The position numbers and the translations under genes were made by a program. Shown one piece after another: positions 29,608 through 38,954 of a stretch of DNA of 64,000 nucleotides; positions within the stretch are counted from its first letter, which is position 1; each line of letters opens with the position of its first letter. Below the pieces are notes generated by a model. That model ran no database searches. It had not been told where the DNA came from and worked only from the letters and a program-made list of their open reading frames with translations. Source of the stretch: a virus; the IMG/VR virus record IMGVR_UViG_3300042344_000022, positions 4,969 to 68,968 of that record; one strand, written 5' to 3'.

Positions 29608-30492
29608 ATGGCCTTACAGTTCCCAGCATCACCAGTCGACGGTCAAATCTACTTTGACACCGCTTCTGGTAACCGATATGTTTATGATGCTGCGACCACC
29701 AAGTGGAGTTATACAGCTAACAATACTCCCACTGGTTCAGTATATCTATCTGCTAGTGCTCCTCCTGGTGCGGTAGCTGGTGATCTATGGTGGCACCAAG
29801 ACCTTGGTACCATGTTTATCTTTTACAACGATGGTGATTCCACACAGTGGGTAGAAACATCACCATCTGGTGGCTTCTCTGACGTTGCTGCATCCTTTCA
29901 GACAATCAATGCTGCTTTCGGTGTTGCTAATGCTGCTTTTGATTCCGCCAACAATGTCGCTCCTCAGGTAGCACCAAGTTATAATACCGCTAATGCCGCA
30001 TACACACAGGCTAATGCTGCCTATAGTTTTGCAAATGGTGTTGCTACCAATGCTGCTGCCGCTTTTGCTGCGGCTAATGCCGAATATACATTCTCTAACA
30101 CTGTCTATGCTGCGGTTAACTCTGCCTTTGCGGTAATCAATGCAGCCTATACATCCTCTAATGCCGACTATGTTGTTACCAATGCTGCCTTTGCTGTGGC
30201 TAATGCTGCTTATGGTACCGCTAATCTAGCATACACTGTATCCAATTCAGCCTTTGGTATCGCCAACATTGCTTTCACTTATGCTAATAATAAGGGATAC
30301 TATGCTGGTAACAACGGCGATAAGGGTAATTCTACAAGTCTTGGCGATATCTTCCGAGTCCATTCTAATACCCTTACACAAAATGTTACTATATACTCAG
30401 GAAACAATGCCCTTTGTGCTGGTCCTATTACTGTAACTGGTTCTAGCACTACACTTACTATTCAACCTGGCGCAAGATTGGCTATCGTATAA
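29608..30492 (+). CDS. Short fibre-like protein
   Basis: MALQFPASPVDGQIY N-terminal module, GDLWW..QWVETSPSGG module, NAAF heptads, C-terminal NALCAGPITV...TIQPGARLAIV. Confidence 0.78.
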   Translation: MALQFPASPVDGQIYFDTASGNRYVYDAATTKWSYTANNTPTGSVYLSASAPPGAVAGDLWWHQDLGTMFIFYNDGDSTQWVETSPSGGFSDVAASFQTINAAFGVANAAFDSANNVAPQVAPSYNTANAAYTQANAAYSFANGVATNAAAAFAAANAEYTFSNTVYAAVNSAFAVINAAYTSSNADYVVTNAAFAVANAAYGTANLAYTVSNSAFGIANIAFTYANNKGYYAGNNGDKGNSTSLGDIFRVHSNTLTQNVTIYSGNNALCAGPITVTGSSTTLTIQPGARLAIV

Positions 30493-31943
30493 TGTCCACA
30501 TTACAAGTAACAACTATCACAACTGTCAATAATACAACACCTCTGATCCTACAGACTGGTAATACTGGTGGTGGTCAGATTGTATTGAATAGTGCTAATT
30601 CAGATGTCCAGTTTGTTGGTAATGTTAGAGTTGCTTCTGGTTTTACTGGTGATGGTTCTGGGCTGACTTTGCCAACTGCTAATGTGGCAAATGCTGCTTT
30701 CGGCAAGGCTAATAGTGCGCTACAGAATACAACTGGCACATTCAATGGTAGTTTATATTTTCCTACCGGTAATGTTTTTATCGGCACAAATTCTTCTGGT
30801 GTTGATGGTTCCGACTTTCAAGTTCAAACAGCAAACGCAACTGTCTTTGCTCATTATGTAGGAAATGCTAGAGGTGGATTGCAAGCCTTCTCTAGTCAGA
30901 GATTAGGACTTGTAACTACCACATCTGGTGATAACCTTGTGTTTGGTTATACATCTGGTGTTAAAGGTACTCTAACCGAATATATGAGAATCAAAAACTC
31001 TAATGGATATGTCGGAATCGGTAATAATAATCCTGCTTCCGCACTAACTGTATCAGGATCAGGTTTCTTTTCCGGCATAACACTAAACAATAGAGCCGGT
31101 GTAGATATAGGATTCAACACAAATTATGCCTTCTTAACATCCGGTGATCGTGGCGCTTCAACACTCAATAGACTAGACTTTGAAGGATCATCTTTTAGAT
31201 GGTTATTTGGGTTTGGTACTAGCCAACAAATGGAACTAAATTCATCGGGTCTTGGTATAGGTATTACACCAACATCACCACTTCAAGTATATGCTCCTGT
31301 TGCTGACAGTCTTCCTATTTTGAGATTGAGTGCCAGTTCAAATACTTCATCCCCATTCCAATGGATTAGCACCTCTTTGGCTCCTAATATTGGAGCAGGA
31401 CAGAACCTAATTCATCTTATTGGTAAAGCACAAAGCACACCAAATTCGGGTTATATCGGATATAAACACGCTGGCGATGGATCATATAATAATTCTATGA
31501 CTATCGGTATGTATGGTGCCGACAATCTATTGAACATAAATGCTTCTGGTCGTGTTACCAAACCATATCAACCAGCCTTTTCTGGATACAGAAACGCCGG
31601 ACTTGTTACCAACGCAACAGCTATTCATAATATAGTTAATCTGAATGTTGGTAGCCACTACAATTCATCTACAGGTTTGTTTACATGTCCAATAGCAGGT
31701 TACTACCTAGTATCTTGTGCCGGTCATGCTGAAAATTTTGATGTTACTCGTATTCAAATAAGAGTTAATAACTCAAATGTTAGATATACTTATAACAGAA
31801 CCGGTGGTGCTAACTATGTTCACCAGTGTATATCTTCTGTTGTTTACTGTAATGCCAACGACACAATTAGCATGTATGTAGAAGGTACAATGTGGGGTGG
31901 TGATCTTTCCGGTGTTATGATGGATATATATCTATTAGGATAA
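30492..31943 (+). CDS. Fibre protein with C-terminal C1q-like head
   Basis: GYVGIGNNNP and LGIGITPTSPL fibre repeats; GRVTKPYQPAF...NVGSHYNSSTGLFTCPIAGYY head. Confidence 0.8.
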   Translation: MSTLQVTTITTVNNTTPLILQTGNTGGGQIVLNSANSDVQFVGNVRVASGFTGDGSGLTLPTANVANAAFGKANSALQNTTGTFNGSLYFPTGNVFIGTNSSGVDGSDFQVQTANATVFAHYVGNARGGLQAFSSQRLGLVTTTSGDNLVFGYTSGVKGTLTEYMRIKNSNGYVGIGNNNPASALTVSGSGFFSGITLNNRAGVDIGFNTNYAFLTSGDRGASTLNRLDFEGSSFRWLFGFGTSQQMELNSSGLGIGITPTSPLQVYAPVADSLPILRLSASSNTSSPFQWISTSLAPNIGAGQNLIHLIGKAQSTPNSGYIGYKHAGDGSYNNSMTIGMYGADNLLNINASGRVTKPYQPAFSGYRNAGLVTNATAIHNIVNLNVGSHYNSSTGLFTCPIAGYYLVSCAGHAENFDVTRIQIRVNNSNVRYTYNRTGGANYVHQCISSVVYCNANDTISMYVEGTMWGGDLSGVMMDIYLLG

Positions 31944-31953
31944 AAGGAAACTA

Positions 31954-33558
31954 ATGTCAACTCTACAAGTAGCTAACGTTCAATTTGAATCAACCGGTGC
32001 CAACCGTATAGAATACACAGGTAACAATGTTATCCGTGTCAAAGGTAGCGGTTTGCAGTTACCAACAGTCACCAATGCTACCAAGCCATCACCTGAACCA
32101 GGTATGATGCTTTATAACTCTGACACTGGCAACATGGAGATGATGGGTGCTGGTGGTGCTGGGTTGTCTTTTGCTAGTAATTCATCTGTGGGTGCTGTCT
32201 TTGCGGTTGCTAATGCTGCTTTCGGTAAGGCTAATACGGCTTTGCAGAATGCCACAGGAACTCTAGTAGGGACGTTATATACCACTACAGGATTAGGAGT
32301 AGGAAGCACTACTAGTCTAGTCGGTGGTTCATTATTGACTGTAACAGGTAATACTTCCGGTGCTTGGATTTCAAGTTGTGCTAAGTCACTTTCATCCAAT
32401 ACTGCTAAGTTAGGTGTTTATATTGATCATAACAGTAACGATGGATCAATCTATAATGGTATAGGCTTTAGAGGTCAGTCATCATACGATATGTATTTTG
32501 GTAGGCCTGCTGGCTCAGCCGATGACCTAATCATTTCACGATCAAACTATGATACAACGGAATTGTTTAGATTTACTGCCGGTGGTAAACTAGGTATTGG
32601 TACATCTTCTCCAGGAGGCAAACTAACAACATATACATCTTCTGGTGGTGTTTATACAGAAGTAACCTCAGGTGGTACTAGCGGTACATCTACAGACTAT
32701 GCTTATAACATGGCCGCTGTAATGGGAACTTATGCCGGCGGCGTCTATAATATTATATATGGATCAGGTATAGGTTATACATATTATTCTGCTAATAATG
32801 GACAGTATTGGGTAGGTACATCACAAAATTCACCATTAGTTTTTTATACTAATAACGGCGAAAAAATGAGAATTACCGCCGGCGGTTCTATTGGTATTGG
32901 TAGTTCAAATCCAAATTCACCTCTATCTCTTATGTCAAGCGGCACGGGAGTATCGATCAATTTCAACGCTAATGGTTTGACAAATGCTTCTAACAGAGGT
33001 GGCCTTATCAACTATTGGTATGATGGTAGTTCAACATATTATAAAGATTTTTGGAATTGGGAATCAAATGGTGTGGTTCGTATAGGTACAGCCGGTGCAG
33101 AACGTTTCAAGATCGATAGTTCTGGTCGTATTACTAGACCATATCAACCAGTGTTTCTTGGTGTTGGTAGATCGGGAGGTACCCCACTAAACACGGGTAG
33201 CGAATCAACTTATACTATCTGGAATCCTAATAGCGTTCAATTAAACAGAGGTAGTCACTTCAACACATCAACAGGCAGATACACATGTCCTGTTGCTGGT
33301 GTATATCAGGTTTCTATCTTTTTGCTCTGTCGTTACAGTTCATCCGGCGGCGCACATAATATCCAAATCTTCAAAAATGGTTCTGGAACATCTATTCTTG
33401 GTAGAGATATTGTTTATGGTAGTAACGAGTTGAACACAGGTCTACTAGGTTATGTTGATTGTGCCGCAAACGATATTCTTGATGTTAGAGTGTCTAACAG
33501 TTCTGGTTGTGATTTCTATCCAGATTTCAACTCTTATGCAATTTCACTATTTGGTTAA
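31954..33558 (+). CDS. Fibre protein with C-terminal C1q-like head
   Basis: GKLGIGTSSP and EKMRITAGGSIGIG repeats; GRITRPYQPVF...NRGSHFNTSTGRYTCPVAGVY head. Paralogous to the upstream gene. Confidence 0.8.
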   Translation: MSTLQVANVQFESTGANRIEYTGNNVIRVKGSGLQLPTVTNATKPSPEPGMMLYNSDTGNMEMMGAGGAGLSFASNSSVGAVFAVANAAFGKANTALQNATGTLVGTLYTTTGLGVGSTTSLVGGSLLTVTGNTSGAWISSCAKSLSSNTAKLGVYIDHNSNDGSIYNGIGFRGQSSYDMYFGRPAGSADDLIISRSNYDTTELFRFTAGGKLGIGTSSPGGKLTTYTSSGGVYTEVTSGGTSGTSTDYAYNMAAVMGTYAGGVYNIIYGSGIGYTYYSANNGQYWVGTSQNSPLVFYTNNGEKMRITAGGSIGIGSSNPNSPLSLMSSGTGVSINFNANGLTNASNRGGLINYWYDGSSTYYKDFWNWESNGVVRIGTAGAERFKIDSSGRITRPYQPVFLGVGRSGGTPLNTGSESTYTIWNPNSVQLNRGSHFNTSTGRYTCPVAGVYQVSIFLLCRYSSSGGAHNIQIFKNGSGTSILGRDIVYGSNELNTGLLGYVDCAANDILDVRVSNSSGCDFYPDFNSYAISLFG

Positions 33559-33572
33559 ACAAGGAGAAAACA

Positions 33573-33851
33573 ATGACAACTTATACAGTAGAATACACAG
33601 AAACCGAAAACAAGGCTATGGCTTACGCAGCAGCCGATGTCAATGAATGGATTCAGAACGCCGCTCATGAAAGAGCCCGTATCGCCATTGATGAAATCGT
33701 TGCTCTGGCCGTTCAGAAGTTCCTTGAGAATGGTCAGTCCATTCCTGGTTCTAAAGATGAAATCGTAGCCGCTGCTTTCACCAATGGTTGGGTCAAGACT
33801 GCCGCTGATCGTAACGCAGAAGCCCTAGCAGCCACACCAACGGAAGCATAA
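33573..33851 (+). CDS. Small hypothetical protein next to the C1q fibres
   Basis: AGGAG RBS; WIQNAAHERARIAIDEIV motif. Confidence 0.78.
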   Translation: MTTYTVEYTETENKAMAYAAADVNEWIQNAAHERARIAIDEIVALAVQKFLENGQSIPGSKDEIVAAAFTNGWVKTAADRNAEALAATPTEA

Positions 33852-33875
33852 ATACCTAAAAACCAAGGGTAACGA

Positions 33876-36422
33876 ATGTCACTTAACTTTCCAGCATCAC
33901 CATCTAATAATCAGATATACTTCGATGCCACTTCAGGTAATCGATATAAGTATAATGCGGTCAACAATGTTTGGTTCTATACTGCCAACAATGATATTCA
34001 AGGTTCCGCAACGGACACACAGATTGTATTTGATGATGCTGGATCGGCTAATGGTAGCCCAGGTCTAGTATTCAATAAGAGCGCCAACACCCTCACAGCG
34101 AATACCATCAATGCGTATTCTATGAGGGTTACTGGCAACCTCTATATTGGTTCTAATACGGTAGTTATCTCTAATAACTCCATTATAGCACAAACCATCT
34201 TTGTTGGTGGTTCATCTATTCCTACAGGGCAGCAGGCTAACGCAGTATATGACCTGGTCAATGCCGCTTTTACTGTAGCCAACTCTGCCTATGCATTGCA
34301 GAACAATGACTATACAATGTCTAATGCCGCCTATACGGTGGCTAATGCTGCATTTGGTCTGACTAATACGACCTATGCTGCGGTTAACTCAGCCTTTGCA
34401 GTAATCAATGCAGCCTATACAAGTTCTAATGCTGATTATGTAGTTACTAATGCGGTCTTTACTCAATCTAATACAGACAACGTTAGATTGTCGGCTGCCT
34501 ACGTTTCTCTAAATGCTGGTTATACCGTAGCTAATGCAGCTTTTGGAACGGCTAATGGCAAGGTTTCTAAGTCTGGTGATACTATCACAGGTACACTAAG
34601 CATTGTTGGTGATCTAGTTGTTTCTGGTAATACTTATCAGTTGAACGCCAATACCATGTCGATCTCAGATCCATTGATCTATTTGGCTGCTAATAACTAT
34701 TCTAGTGATATTGTGGACATTGGCTTTATAGCCAACTATGTCAATACTGCTGGTGCTAACGTCCATACAGGTCTCTATAGAGAACACACAGATAAAGAGT
34801 ATTACCTATTCCAAGGTTATGACAGAGAGCCTATAAACAACCATATTGGTGCAATGAGCAACAATATGACTCTATCGGTTCTCAATGCGGACATTAGAAC
34901 CAGTAACTTGAACCTTGGTGGGGCTAATGCTATCACATGGATTAGTTCTGGTTATGGTGTTGCTAATGCTGCATTTGCAGCCGGTAATGCCGAATTTACC
35001 TTTTCTAATACAATCTATGCTGCGGTCAATTCTGCATTTGGTGTTATCAATGCAGCCTACACCAGTTCTAATGCTGATTATGTATTAACTAATGCAGCGT
35101 TTACCGCTGCTAATGCAAAAGTTGCCACCGTATCTGGTACATCTGGTCGTATCACAAGTTCCGGTTCGACTGGTATTACTCTTGACCTGGCAACTGCCGG
35201 TGCTGGTGCGGCATCATATTCATCCGGTATTTCGGCACTCACAGTTGATGCTTATGGTCGTGTTACATCTGTTACTGGTTCGGCTGGATATGCAACTACG
35301 ACTCAATTAGGAAATTACTTACCACTTGCTGGTGGTACGATGACTGGACAATTGAACGTGATTGGTCTAACCGTAGGACAGGGTCAGTCATCATCAACTA
35401 TTACAATGTTTGACAGTGATAATGGAAGCAGATATATTCATGCCAATTCTGACAGATTAGGATTCTTGAACCTAAATGCAACTGGATGGTGGGCGTGGAA
35501 TGATAATGCTGGTAACTGGTTTGCAGCATCATCTAGTAGAGCGCCAATCTTCTACGATTCAGATAACACTAGCTATTATGTAGATCCTACTAATGGTGGT
35601 TTTAGTCTTATTGGTGGAACGTCTAACCGTGTAAGTTTCTATACTGGCGATTCTGGTTATTTTGTCGGAAATCCTGAAGGTAACGGTGCCACATTGAGAA
35701 TAGGCTCAGCTTGGGGTTACACCGGTTTATACACCGCTGGCACTTTAAGTTTGATGGCCGATAGTTCAAATAATATTGAGTTTAGAATTGCCAATGCTCA
35801 AAAAGGTTATATGGACAGTAGTTCTAATCTTTTTGCATTTGGTTCTATGCGTTCGCCTATTTTCTACGATTCTAACAATACTGGTTACTATGCTGATCCG
35901 GCATCGACCTCTGTATTCAATGACCTTAGAGCACCAGGACATATTCTCCAAGTAGTGCAAACTGTGAAAACATCAACCACATCTATTGCCGTTTCTGCAA
36001 ACACATATAACGAGTTTGATTCGGGATTCCGTGTAACCATCACACCCAAATCAACAGCCAGTAGAATTGTTCTTTCTGCTTATATTACTGGTGCACAAAA
36101 TACAGGTACTGTTAGATATAAGTTCCAGTTTAGTACCAATGGCGGTTCATCTTGGTCGGATGTTCCTGGTATCGGCGATGCTGTAGGTTCACGCAGTCAG
36201 GGACACTTTGGTTATGCAGTCAATGGTGATACCAATCAGTTTAATACTTGTGCTATGGAGTTGGTTCATAGTCCATCAACTACAAGTGCTATAATCTATC
36301 GTGTTTTGTTTGGTCAGGACGTTTCTACCACATATCATTTTAATAGATCAATTGGTTATCCAAACAACTTCTTGGGTGGAACATTGTCATCAACCCTAAT
36401 TGCAAAGGAAATTGGCGGATGA
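33876..36422 (+). CDS. Long tail fibre-like protein
   Basis: MSLNFPASPSNNQIY start, NAAY heptads, DIVDIGF module, two R(A/S)PIFYDS.NT.YY.DP repeats, C-terminal GHILQVVQTVK...ITPKSTASRI domain. CATAAATA at 33847-33854. Confidence 0.82.
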   Translation: MSLNFPASPSNNQIYFDATSGNRYKYNAVNNVWFYTANNDIQGSATDTQIVFDDAGSANGSPGLVFNKSANTLTANTINAYSMRVTGNLYIGSNTVVISNNSIIAQTIFVGGSSIPTGQQANAVYDLVNAAFTVANSAYALQNNDYTMSNAAYTVANAAFGLTNTTYAAVNSAFAVINAAYTSSNADYVVTNAVFTQSNTDNVRLSAAYVSLNAGYTVANAAFGTANGKVSKSGDTITGTLSIVGDLVVSGNTYQLNANTMSISDPLIYLAANNYSSDIVDIGFIANYVNTAGANVHTGLYREHTDKEYYLFQGYDREPINNHIGAMSNNMTLSVLNADIRTSNLNLGGANAITWISSGYGVANAAFAAGNAEFTFSNTIYAAVNSAFGVINAAYTSSNADYVLTNAAFTAANAKVATVSGTSGRITSSGSTGITLDLATAGAGAASYSSGISALTVDAYGRVTSVTGSAGYATTTQLGNYLPLAGGTMTGQLNVIGLTVGQGQSSSTITMFDSDNGSRYIHANSDRLGFLNLNATGWWAWNDNAGNWFAASSSRAPIFYDSDNTSYYVDPTNGGFSLIGGTSNRVSFYTGDSGYFVGNPEGNGATLRIGSAWGYTGLYTAGTLSLMADSSNNIEFRIANAQKGYMDSSSNLFAFGSMRSPIFYDSNNTGYYADPASTSVFNDLRAPGHILQVVQTVKTSTTSIAVSANTYNEFDSGFRVTITPKSTASRIVLSAYITGAQNTGTVRYKFQFSTNGGSSWSDVPGIGDAVGSRSQGHFGYAVNGDTNQFNTCAMELVHSPSTTSAIIYRVLFGQDVSTTYHFNRSIGYPNNFLGGTLSSTLIAKEIGG

Positions 36423-36721
36423 TTTATGATATTACACATGCTATCACTAGTCTTAGACCTGGTGCTACTTGGATTATACATAGTGAAGATTATAATACGT
36501 TAGAGTGGTTTGAAGAAAATACTACTTCTAAGCCAACTCTGGAAGAGATTGAACAAGAGATTGTAAGACTACAGGCAGAATATGATGGTAAAGAATATCA
36601 GCGTTTAAGATCCGCAGAGTATCCATCTTTCGCCGACCAGTTCGACTTACTATACCACGGCGGTTATGATGCATGGAAGGCTCAGATACAGGCCGTAAAA
36701 GATAAATACCCAAAACCATAA
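36419..36721 (+). CDS. Tail fibre assembly-like small protein
   Basis: AITSLRPGATW, KPTLEEI, YQRLRSAEYPSFADQFDLLYH...AVKDKYPKP; ATGA overlap with the fibre gene. Confidence 0.75.
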   Translation: MIYDITHAITSLRPGATWIIHSEDYNTLEWFEENTTSKPTLEEIEQEIVRLQAEYDGKEYQRLRSAEYPSFADQFDLLYHGGYDAWKAQIQAVKDKYPKP

Positions 36722-36730
36722 GAGGAAACC

Positions 36731-37078
36731 ATGGCAGTAACATACACCTGGGAAGTGACAGGTCTAAAAACTACTACACTAAATAATACACCAAACGTAG
36801 TCGTTCAGACATACTGGAAGAAGATTGGTACAGACGGTGAGCATACCGGAACATTCTCAGGTGCTACACCATTCTCTGCCGACACAATGCCAGCAGGAAC
36901 AACATTTGTTCCATTTGAACAGCTAACCGAGGAAACAGTCCTATCCTGGATTCAAGCCGTTGTCGTAGGTGACTATGAACGCCACGTTAATGACAAGATC
37001 CAAGAACAGATTGACGCTTCACTAAATCCAGTAGTTGAAGCAACCCTACCATGGGCGCCAGCAGCTAATACACCATAA
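36731..37078 (+). CDS. Conserved phage hypothetical protein (fibre-associated)
   Basis: YTWEVTGL, FVPFEQLTEETVLSW, LPW motifs; GAGG RBS. Confidence 0.75.
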   Translation: MAVTYTWEVTGLKTTTLNNTPNVVVQTYWKKIGTDGEHTGTFSGATPFSADTMPAGTTFVPFEQLTEETVLSWIQAVVVGDYERHVNDKIQEQIDASLNPVVEATLPWAPAANTP

Positions 37079-37092
37079 GGAGTGAAAACATC

Positions 37093-37269
37093 ATGAATAA
37101 AGTAACACTTGAATTGAACATTGATCAGCTAAACATTGTTCTAGCAGGTTTAGCAAAATTACCACTAGAGCAATCAATCGATACCTTCACCGTGGTTCGC
37201 CAGCAGGCTAACGCACAGTTGCAGCCACCAGCACCAGAGGGACCTCTATCGGATAAAGTGGTAAACTAA
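37093..37269 (+). CDS. Small hypothetical protein (58 aa, not in the ORF track)
   Basis: AGGAG at 37078, then MNKVTLELNIDQLNIVLAGLAKLPLEQSIDTFTVVRQQANAQLQPPAPEGPLSDKVVN*. Fills the gap before gp13. Confidence 0.75.
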   Translation: MNKVTLELNIDQLNIVLAGLAKLPLEQSIDTFTVVRQQANAQLQPPAPEGPLSDKVVN

Positions 37270-37300
37270 ATACTACAAATATCTAACAAGGGTAACCTAA

Positions 37301-38050
37301 ATGTCTATTACTAAACCGGCAAATAAAGAAGAACTAAAAGACTTCTGTTTAAGACAGTTGGGTTACCCTGTTATTCAAATCAATGTTGATGATGAACAGG
37401 TCAATGATGCCGTTGAACTTGCCTTTGAATACTGGAACGAGTTTCACTTTGACGGCACAGAACGCACCTATGTTAAGCATCAAATCTCATCCCAAGATAA
37501 ATCTAACGGTTACATTCAACTATCAGATCAGATTATTGGTGCCGTTCGTATCTTCCCTGTAGGTGGAACTAATGCCTCTATGGGTATGTTCGATCTAAGA
37601 TATCAGTTGCGTCTAAACGATCTATGGGATTTGTCATCAACATCATATGTCAATTACTCATTGACTATGCAGCATCTAGCCACACTTGATCTTATCTTCA
37701 CAGGTCAAACTCCAGTTCGTTTCAACAAAGTCAATAACCGTCTATACATCGATATGGACTGGATGAATGACGTTGATACTGGTGAGTTTGTTATTGTAGA
37801 AGGAATGATCATTACCGATCCAGTTCAATTTACTGCGGTATGGAATAACCGTATGCTCAAGAAATTAGCCACTGCCTATGTTAAGCGCCAGTGGGGACAG
37901 AACATGTCAAAGTTTGATAAGATGCAGCTACCAGGTGGCGTAACAATGCGTGGTGCTGATATCTATGCAGAGGCTATGAATGAAATCACAGCAGCCGAGC
38001 GAGAGATTAGAGAAACATACGAGGCCCCTCCTGGCTTCTTGGTAGGTTAA
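37301..38050 (+). CDS. gp13: Neck protein gp13
   Basis: LKDFCLRQLGYPVIQINVDDEQV, EFHFDG, KRQWGQNMSKF..QLPGGVT. Confidence 0.95.
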   Translation: MSITKPANKEELKDFCLRQLGYPVIQINVDDEQVNDAVELAFEYWNEFHFDGTERTYVKHQISSQDKSNGYIQLSDQIIGAVRIFPVGGTNASMGMFDLRYQLRLNDLWDLSSTSYVNYSLTMQHLATLDLIFTGQTPVRFNKVNNRLYIDMDWMNDVDTGEFVIVEGMIITDPVQFTAVWNNRMLKKLATAYVKRQWGQNMSKFDKMQLPGGVTMRGADIYAEAMNEITAAEREIRETYEAPPGFLVG

Positions 38051-38051
38051 G

Positions 38052-38954
38052 ATGGCCGTATCAGGGTATTTCAACAACTCCCCATCACAAGATAGAATGA
38101 GCAATGAACATCACCTTATGGAGGATGTTATTGTTGAGTCTATTCAGATCATGGGCCAGAACGTCTATTATATTCCTAGAGAATCCTTTGACGCTGGTGA
38201 TATGATCTTTGGTGAGTATAGCAAATCAAAGTTTGACAAAGCATACCTAATTGAAGCCTACATGACTAACTTTGAAGGTTTCGAAGGTGACAATGACTTC
38301 TTCTCTAAGTTCGGTCTAGAGATTAGAGAAACATCTAATTTTATAATTTCACTAAAGGCTTTCAAAAGACTCATACCAACAACCCTTCGTCAGCGCCCGC
38401 AAGAAGGTGACTTACTTTATATTCCTGTCATCAAGAGTTTAGTTGAAATCAAGTTCGTTGAACAGGAACTAATGTTTCACTCTCTAGGTAAGAGACTGCC
38501 ATTCGTTTATGAAATGCGTTGCGAACTGTTCCGTTACAGCGAAGAAGAAATCAATACAGGCATCGAAGATATCGATGAAGTGGCAGCCGAAGTGCAATAT
38601 ACAACCAGACTTATGATCTCTAATGCAGTAACTTATAATCCTGCGGCATCAAGTTATCATGACGGTGAGATTGTATATCAATCAACCGATGGTACCTGGG
38701 CTAATAACTTTGCCTCTGCTACAATCACAGAGTTCTACAAAGCCAACGGCGCTCTATTCCTACATAACATTGAAGGACAGTTTAGAGCAAATGCCAACGT
38801 ATATGGCAATGTATCACGAGCAATCTTCCGCTCAATCTCTTATGATGACAGAACAGACTTCAATCCATATGATGACTATGACAACGAAGAATTTAGAACA
38901 GAAACTAATATCATTCTAGATTTGAGCGAAACTAATCCGTTTGGAACACCATAA
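38052..38954 (+). CDS. gp14: Neck protein gp14
   Basis: ESIQIMGQNVYYIPRE, FSKFGLEI, RPQEGDLLY, ends ETNPFG. Confidence 0.95.
   Translation: MAVSGYFNNSPSQDRMSNEHHLMEDVIVESIQIMGQNVYYIPRESFDAGDMIFGEYSKSKFDKAYLIEAYMTNFEGFEGDNDFFSKFGLEIRETSNFIISLKAFKRLIPTTLRQRPQEGDLLYIPVIKSLVEIKFVEQELMFHSLGKRLPFVYEMRCELFRYSEEEINTGIEDIDEVAAEVQYTTRLMISNAVTYNPAASSYHDGEIVYQSTDGTWANNFASATITEFYKANGALFLHNIEGQFRANANVYGNVSRAIFRSISYDDRTDFNPYDDYDNEEFRTETNIILDLSETNPFGTP

Noticed and set aside
14910-36422. Possible diversity-generating retroelement or shufflon acting on the fibre genes
   Set aside because: No reverse transcriptase or invertase in the window, all genes are co-oriented, and repeat copies differ at synonymous positions of all base types rather than only at adenines.
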